Positions 57,966 through 64,000 of a stretch of 64,000 nucleotides of DNA are shown in pieces (position 1 is the first letter of the stretch; every line of letters begins with the position of its first letter). The stretch covers positions 1,248,001 to 1,312,000 of the forward strand of contig OY761614.1 of the NCBI GenBank assembly GCA_963664825.1, read 5' to 3'. The position numbers and the translations under genes are program-made. The DNA comes from an uncultured Holophaga sp. Lineage in GTDB: Bacteria; Acidobacteriota; Holophagae; Holophagales; Holophagaceae. The notes beneath the pieces are model-generated. The model had not been told where the DNA came from. It ran no database searches and saw nothing but the letters and a program-made list of their open reading frames with translations.

Positions 57966-59369
57966 CTACTCAGCCTTGGGCGCTTCCTTGACCGGCTCCT
58001 GGGGGAGCTTGGGTTCTTCGGCCTTGGCCTTCAGCATATTGAGTTCTCCGAGGGCCTTCTCGAGGGTGATGGCGAGGTATTCCCCTCGCAGGCGCATGGT
58101 CTCCCCTTCCAGGATCTTGCCATCGGGCCCCACCAGGATGGGGCGGGGAATGGTGCTCAGATTCACGGCCTTGAGGAGGGGATCCTTGCTCTCCTTGCCC
58201 AGGAAGACATGGGTCCAGGGCATGGGATGGGCGGCATCGGCACGGAAGGGGATGATGTCTCCGGCCAGATTGTCCAGGCTGAGGCTCAGGATCTCGAAAC
58301 CGGCGTCCTTGTACTTGGCATAGGCCTCGTGGAGCTTGGGCATCTCCTTCACGCAGGGGCCGCACCAGGTGGCCCAGAAATCCACCAGGAGGAGCTTGCC
58401 CTTGAAGGTCTCCAGACTCACGTCCTTGCCATCGAGATCCTTGAAGGTGAAGGCAGGGAAGGCGGTGCCCTTGCCCACATACTTGGCAGGATCCAGCTGC
58501 TTGGCAGACCGGGCGGCGGCCGTGTCCTTGTACTCGGTGATCAGGGTCTGATAGAGGGGCTTCATCTTCTCCGTGTCGCCCACCCGGGAGGCCGCGGCCA
58601 GCTGGTAGAAGAGGGCCAGGGCCCGGACCTCGGGATCGGGGTTCTCCTTGGCCACGACCTCCCGGAACCCTGCATAGGCTTCGTTGCGGCCCGCGGCGGC
58701 AAAGGAGGCGCCCATGATCTGGGGGGACATGGCCCAGTAGGGGCTCGTGGCGGGCAGCTTATCCAGGGCCAGGGCGGCGCCCTCGGCGGGCAGCTTGGCG
58801 CCTAGCGAGCCCAGGCTCAGGTAGCTCATGGCCAGCAGGCTCTGGTTATCGGCGTCCGTCTCGGCGGCCAGATCCTTGGCCAGGGCCTCCAGATCGGCAT
58901 TCCAATCGATCTTCTCCTGGCTCTTGAGGGCGGCGCGGCCCTTGGTCTCCCGGGCCTTGAAGGCCGCGTAGATGGCCTCGCGCTTCACAAGCTGGGCATC
59001 GGCGCTGATGGACTTCAACTCACCCTTGGGCTTCTCGGGACGGGGCATCAGATCCATGCCCACCAGGCCATCTTCCCCCAGGAGGACGGGGATCTGGAGG
59101 GTCAGATGACCCTTGGCGCGCACATCCAGCAGGTAGAGGCCGGCCTTGGGGATGGGCAGTTTGAAGCCGGGCTTCTTCTTGCTGGGCATACCCAGGCTCT
59201 CGACGCTCTTGAGGGCCAGGGAGCTGGCGCGGGTGGACATGGGAATCAGGCCCACGGTGGCCTGCAGAGGCTTGCCTGCCTCGTTGTAGATCCAGCCTTC
59301 GATGGCTGGGCCCTTGACTGCGGGAGCGGGTGCGGCAAGAAACGCGGGGGCTAGCAGCAGAGGAAGCAT
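57966..59369 (-). CDS. Exported TlpA family thiol-disulfide oxidoreductase
   Basis: DFWATWCGPC; signal peptide and long N-terminal extension. Confidence 0.85.
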   Translation of the reverse strand: MLPLLLAPAFLAAPAPAVKGPAIEGWIYNEAGKPLQATVGLIPMSTRASSLALKSVESLGMPSKKKPGFKLPIPKAGLYLLDVRAKGHLTLQIPVLLGEDGLVGMDLMPRPEKPKGELKSISADAQLVKREAIYAAFKARETKGRAALKSQEKIDWNADLEALAKDLAAETDADNQSLLAMSYLSLGSLGAKLPAEGAALALDKLPATSPYWAMSPQIMGASFAAAGRNEAYAGFREVVAKENPDPEVRALALFYQLAAASRVGDTEKMKPLYQTLITEYKDTAAARSAKQLDPAKYVGKGTAFPAFTFKDLDGKDVSLETFKGKLLLVDFWATWCGPCVKEMPKLHEAYAKYKDAGFEILSLSLDNLAGDIIPFRADAAHPMPWTHVFLGKESKDPLLKAVNLSTIPRPILVGPDGKILEGETMRLRGEYLAITLEKALGELNMLKAKAEEPKLPQEPVKEAPKAE

Positions 59370-59422
59370 GATGTCTCCGGAATGGAAGCCCCAAGAATAC
59401 TCCAGCCCATGGGAAAACACCC

Positions 59423-59956
59423 TTATAACAACTCGCGCAGCAGGGCCTCCCCCCGGGGCCAGTCACCGAAGCCCGAGGCGGCATTGATATGGCCCCCGAC
59501 ACCGATATCGCTGAGGATCCCGTCCCAGGCCTCGGCGAAGATCCTGGCCCGGTCCAGGGAGAGGTAGGGGTCATCGCTGCTGACCACCACCCGGCTGGGG
59601 AAGGGCAGACCGAAAAGGGGCACGGGCGCAAAGCCCCGGAGAGCCTCCGGTGTCCCAGAGGCCTCCACATCCGGAGGGGCCACCAGCAGGGCGCCATGCA
59701 CGGGTTCTTCGAAGGCTTCGGCCCAGTGGACGATGGCCAGGCAGCCCAGGGAATGGCCCACGAGGAGAGGTGGATCCCCTTCTTCGTTGGCCTTGCGGAT
59801 GGCGTCATCCAAGGCCTCGATCCATTCGACCCGCCGGGGAAACTCCCAATTGGGCATCTCCACCCGATGGGCATTCCGCATCTGGGCCTCCCAGAGGGTC
59901 TGCCAATGGCCGGGGTCGGAATTCAGGTATCCGGGGACGATCAGGATCTGTCGCAT
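59423..59956 (-). CDS. YdeN/RBBP9 alpha/beta hydrolase
   Basis: VPGY..HWQ, GHSLGC, SSDDPY, GHIN. Confidence 0.9.
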   Translation of the reverse strand: MRQILIVPGYLNSDPGHWQTLWEAQMRNAHRVEMPNWEFPRRVEWIEALDDAIRKANEEGDPPLLVGHSLGCLAIVHWAEAFEEPVHGALLVAPPDVEASGTPEALRGFAPVPLFGLPFPSRVVVSSDDPYLSLDRARIFAEAWDGILSDIGVGGHINAASGFGDWPRGEALLRELL

Positions 59957-60010
59957 GGGGCACTCTGGGGAAGCGTCCCCATTATAGTGTTCCCATCGAA
60001 CAGGCGGGAC

Positions 60011-61603
60011 CTACAGCTTGAAGCGCTGGATCATGCCCTGCAGCTTCTCGCCGACCCTGGCCAGATCGGAAGCCGTGCGGGCGATCTCGGTGGTGGTCGC
60101 CGACATCTGGGCCGTGGCCGAGGCCGTCGCGGTGGATTCCTGGACTCCCTGTTCCACCAGGCGCGCCACCTCGGCACCGGCCCGACTCTGTTCCACCGTG
60201 GCCACGGTCACCTGGCGGGTCTGGGAAGCGAACTGTTCCAGGCTGGCGCGGATCTGTTTGAGCAGCTGGGCGGTGGTCTCCACCGTGGAGACCCCCTTGC
60301 CCACCGCCTCCCGGGCCGCCTCGATGTTCTGGGCGATGTCCTTGGCGGAAGTCCCGCTGCGCTCCGCCAGCTTGCGGACCTCCTCGGCCACCACGGCGAA
60401 GCCCTTGCCCTGGTCCCCGGCCTTGGCCGCCTCGATGGCGGCGTTCAGGGAAAGCAGGTTCGTCTGGTTGGCGATCTCCGTGATGACATGGATGGCGCTG
60501 GCGATCCGCTCCGCCGTGGCGGTCACGCCCTTCATGGCCGTCTGGGTCGCGCCCCCGGCCTCATCCCCCTTCTGGGTGGCGTCCAGGGCGCCCTCCATCA
60601 CGCGCAGGGAACCCTGGGCGCTCTGGCTCACTTCGTCGATGGAGGCCGAGAGTTCGGCGATGGCGGAGGCCATGTGCTCCGAGCTACCCCTCTGGGAATC
60701 CGTGGTCCGGGCGATCTGCTCGGTGGTGGCGGCCATCTCCTCGGAGGAGGCGGAGAGCTCCGTGGCGGAGGAGGCCAGGATCTGGACATCGCCCGAGAGC
60801 TCTCGCAGCAGTTTCCGGATGTTTTCGATCATGCTCTGGTAGTTGCGGCCCAGTTCCCCCATCTCATCCCGACGCGAGCGGAAGGCCTCGGGCACATCCA
60901 CGGAGAAATCGCCCTCCTCCAGCATACGGGTCTTGGCGATCACGGCCTTCAGATCGCCCACGTAGAGGCGGGTGATGGTCCTGCCCATCACGGTGGCCAG
61001 GACCCCGCCCAGGAGCAAGGCCAGCACCACCACCAGCCGGGCCTGGGTATGAGCGCGCTCAGCCTGGGCGTTGGCCTCCTGCATAGAGACCTGAAGATGG
61101 TCCAGGTACAGTTTGAGCGCCGCGTCCGTATTGGCCTTGATCCTCCCGCCCTCCTGCAGGTAGATCTCCGCGGCCTGGGCGGACTTGCCGGCATCGGCCA
61201 GGGCGGTCACCTGGTCGTTGGTGGACTTGCCCTCTACCAGTGTGCGTTCGAAGGCCGCCAGCAGCTGCTTGCCCTCCTCCGAGGAGGAGGTACCCTTCAG
61301 TTCCGTGATGGTGGTCTTGTAGGTCCCCCGAAGTTCCTGGATGCGCGCATGGATGGCGCCCCTTTCCGAGGGAGTCTTGGCGGCGGTCAGTTCCCAGGTG
61401 GCCAGATTGATCCGGGAGAGGGCATCGATCATCTCGTGGGTGCGTTCGGAGCGATGGGCCGCCCGCATCACGCTTTCGCGCCCCTGGGACATCCGATCCA
61501 TCCCCCACAGGGCCAGGGCGAAGATCACGAGCATGGCGGCGCCCAGGGAACCGAAGCCGAGGGTGAGCCGCTTCCAGATCGGCATGTTCTTCAGATCGAA
61601 CAT
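60011..61603 (-). CDS. Methyl-accepting chemotaxis protein
   Basis: Two TM helices, HAMP (DEMGEL), [31 protein letters not shown]. Confidence 0.95.
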   Translation of the reverse strand: MFDLKNMPIWKRLTLGFGSLGAAMLVIFALALWGMDRMSQGRESVMRAAHRSERTHEMIDALSRINLATWELTAAKTPSERGAIHARIQELRGTYKTTITELKGTSSSEEGKQLLAAFERTLVEGKSTNDQVTALADAGKSAQAAEIYLQEGGRIKANTDAALKLYLDHLQVSMQEANAQAERAHTQARLVVVLALLLGGVLATVMGRTITRLYVGDLKAVIAKTRMLEEGDFSVDVPEAFRSRRDEMGELGRNYQSMIENIRKLLRELSGDVQILASSATELSASSEEMAATTEQIARTTDSQRGSSEHMASAIAELSASIDEVSQSAQGSLRVMEGALDATQKGDEAGGATQTAMKGVTATAERIASAIHVITEIANQTNLLSLNAAIEAAKAGDQGKGFAVVAEEVRKLAERSGTSAKDIAQNIEAAREAVGKGVSTVETTAQLLKQIRASLEQFASQTRQVTVATVEQSRAGAEVARLVEQGVQESTATASATAQMSATTTEIARTASDLARVGEKLQGMIQRFKL

Positions 61604-61820
61604 CGCGCGAGTCCTCCAAAATGCACCATGCATGGACCTGATTCTTCGGTCCCTCGGCCTGCATACTTGAGGAAACGGGCGAATTTCGGCCGCAGATGTG
61701 ATCTTTCGCAAAAGGCGGGATCTCCCTACCAAGGCGATAATCCGAGCGCTTCTTTCCATGATTCATCGTGGGTATGCTTCCCCCTCTCGGACGGGCCGCC
61801 GTCCATGCCGCGGAGTCTCC

Positions 61821-63164
61821 ATGGGAAAGCTGCTCACGATCACTGGCACCGCCGCGCTGCTGGCCTCCGCCGGACTCGCGGCCCAGGGGGTCCCGGAGAC
61901 GAATGGCCTCTTCGAGGTAGGCTTCGAGGAGCGGGTACGCAGCGAGGAATACGACGACATCATCGATCATGATGCCGCCAATCCCTCGGATTCGAGGAGC
62001 TTCTACCGCTTCCGCACCCGGGCCTGGATCACCGCCAACCCCACACCAGACTTGGAGATCTCCGCCGGGATCTGCAACGAGAACCGCAAGCTCGTCCGTC
62101 CCGATGCGGCAATCAACGCCCGGGAGATCTTCTTCGATACCCTCTACCTCGACTACCGCTTCTCGAAGGCCTGGTCCGTACGGGTGGGCCGCCAGAACCT
62201 CATGCGTGGGGAGGGGTTCCTGCTCTTCGACGGCAGCTCGGGGGATGGCAGCCGCACCGCCTACTTCAACGCCCTCGATCTCACCTACGCCTGGAGCCGC
62301 TCCACCCTCGAGTTCATGGCCATCTCCGATCCCTCCAAGGACAATTGCCTGCCGAGGATCAACGAGGCGAAGGCCTCCGAGGGCCCCCAGCGCCTCAATG
62401 AATGGGACGAACAGGCCCTTGGCCTCTACTACACCGGCCGGGAATGGACCGGCACGACCCTCGAGGCCTACTACTTCCTCAAGACCGAAACGAACGATTA
62501 TCGCCCGATGACCAACCCACTTTTCCAGCCCGATCGCCGGATCAGCACCCTGGGCAGCCGGGTGAACCAGGAATTCCGAGACGGCTGGAGCGTGAACGGC
62601 GAATTCACCTACCAATGGGGGAACCAGGAAGGCCGCCCGGGCACGACCGAGGGATCCCGGGATATCGCGGCCTGGGGCGGCTATGGCCGGTTCAAGAAGG
62701 CCCTGGACACCCCCTGGACACCCATCCTCTCCGTCGGCTACATCGCCCTCTCGGGCCAGGACCCGAATTCCGGGAGGATCACCGCCTGGGATCCCCTCTT
62801 CAGCCGTTGGCCCCGCTGGAGCGAGCTCTACGTCTATTCGGAGATCCCGGAGAAGGGCGTGGCCTACACCTCCAACACGGGGATGTGGGAGGCGGAGCTG
62901 CGCCTCCGTCCCAGCGTTCCCCTGGAACTGCGCGCCACCTGGTACCGCATGAAGGCCCTGGAAAGCCCGACCCCGGGCGGGACCTTCGGGCAGGGCCGGA
63001 ACCGGGGCGATATTCTCCAGTTCCGCGCCGACTACCGCTTCAGCCCCCAGTTCAAGGGCCACGTCCTGTACGAGCACCTTGCCCCTGGGGACTTCTACGC
63101 GGGCCAGGCCTCGGGCCACTTCCTCCGCTTCGAACTCTCCTACCTGTTCAAGACCCGCTTCTGA
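61821..63164 (+). CDS. Alginate export family outer membrane beta-barrel
   Basis: Signal peptide, RVGRQNL, LSGQD..WDPLF, C-terminal Phe. Confidence 0.75.
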   Translation: MGKLLTITGTAALLASAGLAAQGVPETNGLFEVGFEERVRSEEYDDIIDHDAANPSDSRSFYRFRTRAWITANPTPDLEISAGICNENRKLVRPDAAINAREIFFDTLYLDYRFSKAWSVRVGRQNLMRGEGFLLFDGSSGDGSRTAYFNALDLTYAWSRSTLEFMAISDPSKDNCLPRINEAKASEGPQRLNEWDEQALGLYYTGREWTGTTLEAYYFLKTETNDYRPMTNPLFQPDRRISTLGSRVNQEFRDGWSVNGEFTYQWGNQEGRPGTTEGSRDIAAWGGYGRFKKALDTPWTPILSVGYIALSGQDPNSGRITAWDPLFSRWPRWSELYVYSEIPEKGVAYTSNTGMWEAELRLRPSVPLELRATWYRMKALESPTPGGTFGQGRNRGDILQFRADYRFSPQFKGHVLYEHLAPGDFYAGQASGHFLRFELSYLFKTRF

Positions 63165-63172
63165 CGCTGGCC

Positions 63173-64000
63173 CTACCCCTCCCGCAGGAGGGATAGCAGC
63201 GCCTTGGCGTCCAACCGCGCCGCCGAGGTGCGCGCGTCCAGCAGTTGATCGGCCAGCTGGCGCTTGCTTTGGTGGAGGCCGACGATCTTCTGCTCGATGC
63301 TGCCCTTGATGATGAGGCGGTAGATGGTGACGGGCCGGGTCTGGCCGATGCGATGGGCCCGGTCGGAGGCTTGGTCCTCCACCGCGGGGTTCCACCAGGG
63401 ATCCATGTGGATCACGTAGTCGGCGCCCGTGAGATTGAGGCCCGTGCCCCCGGCCTTGAGGCTGATGAGGAAGAGTTCGCCCTCTCCGCGCTGGAAGGCC
63501 GCCACGGCCTGAGTGCGGGCCTTGGTGGGGGTGGAGCCGTCCAGATACTGATAGGCGAAACCCTGGGCATCCAGGGCCCGGCGGAGGATGGCCAGGTGAT
63601 CCACAAACTGGCTGAAGACCAGGGCGCGATGGTGGTTCTCCCGCAGGTCCTCGGCCAGTTCCATGAAGGCTGTGAGTTTCGAGGATTCGATGCCCAGTTC
63701 CGGCTGGATCAGGCTCGGATTGCAGCAGGCCCGCCGCAGGCGCGTGATGGCGGCCAGCACCTGCATGGTCTGGCCCTCCGCGGGCCTCGCGGCATCCAGG
63801 GCCTCCAGACTCTTCTGGCGCAGGGCCTCCAGGAAGGCGGCTTCCTCTGCGCTGGGCTCGAGCTCCAGGGTGATTTCGGTGCGTGTGGGCAGTTCTTCCA
63901 GCACCTGGGCCTTGGTGCGGCGCAGCAGGAAGGGAGCCGTGAGGCGCCTCAGGCGGTGGAGGGCCTCCGGGTCCTTGTCCCTCTCAATGGGCGTCTGGTA
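63173..64000 (-). CDS. SNF2-family helicase, C-terminal part (starts beyond window)
   Basis: LLRRTK, LVFSQF, LDGST, ISLKAGGTGLNL, PWWNPAVEDQASDRAHRIGQ. Confidence 0.93.
   Translation of the reverse strand, partial: YQTPIERDKDPEALHRLRRLTAPFLLRRTKAQVLEELPTRTEITLELEPSAEEAAFLEALRQKSLEALDAARPAEGQTMQVLAAITRLRRACCNPSLIQPELGIESSKLTAFMELAEDLRENHHRALVFSQFVDHLAILRRALDAQGFAYQYLDGSTPTKARTQAVAAFQRGEGELFLISLKAGGTGLNLTGADYVIHMDPWWNPAVEDQASDRAHRIGQTRPVTIYRLIIKGSIEQKIVGLHQSKRQLADQLLDARTSAARLDAKALLSLLREG

Noticed and set aside
59489..63395. 827-aa plus and 778-aa minus ORFs
   Set aside because: Shadow frames overlapping the hydrolase, MCP and alginate-export genes

Overview
High-GC bacterial chromosome segment; gene content is suggestive of Acidobacteriota/Holophagae (inference, not verified). 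The first ~5.4 kb is the right end of an integrative island that terminates in a duplicated 3' half of tRNA-His (att site at 5366-5410). It carries mrr, two 5'-truncated nuclease-like genes, a chimeric remnant and a Fic gene. The rest is mostly core genome: orphan DNA methyltransferase, hup, rplI, UDG, ECF sigma pair, XPB plus a WYL partner, rng, panBCD, S41 protease, maf, lnt, TrmH, OPT, porin, rsmI, cydAB, mscS, carD, P5C dehydrogenase, ftcD, an M4 protease/two-component module, MarR-RND efflux, TlpA, YdeN, MCP, an alginate-export barrel and a partial SNF2 helicase. The most notable observations are: (1) an M4 protease with a dockerin-like tail next to a cohesin-like lipoprotein, a candidate non-cellulosomal surface anchoring system; (2) a cytoplasmic YkuD/ElsL-like domain fused to a MurC/Mpl-like ligase; (3) a pseudokinase-pseudoATPase-TPR protein translationally coupled to panB; (4) a classical C2H2 zinc finger inserted in FTCD; (5) an RND-TolC fusion with an internal signal-like linker; (6) a displaced alternative 3' end of hup interrupted by a hairpin element. 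All assignments are from motif reading by eye; no database searches were run.
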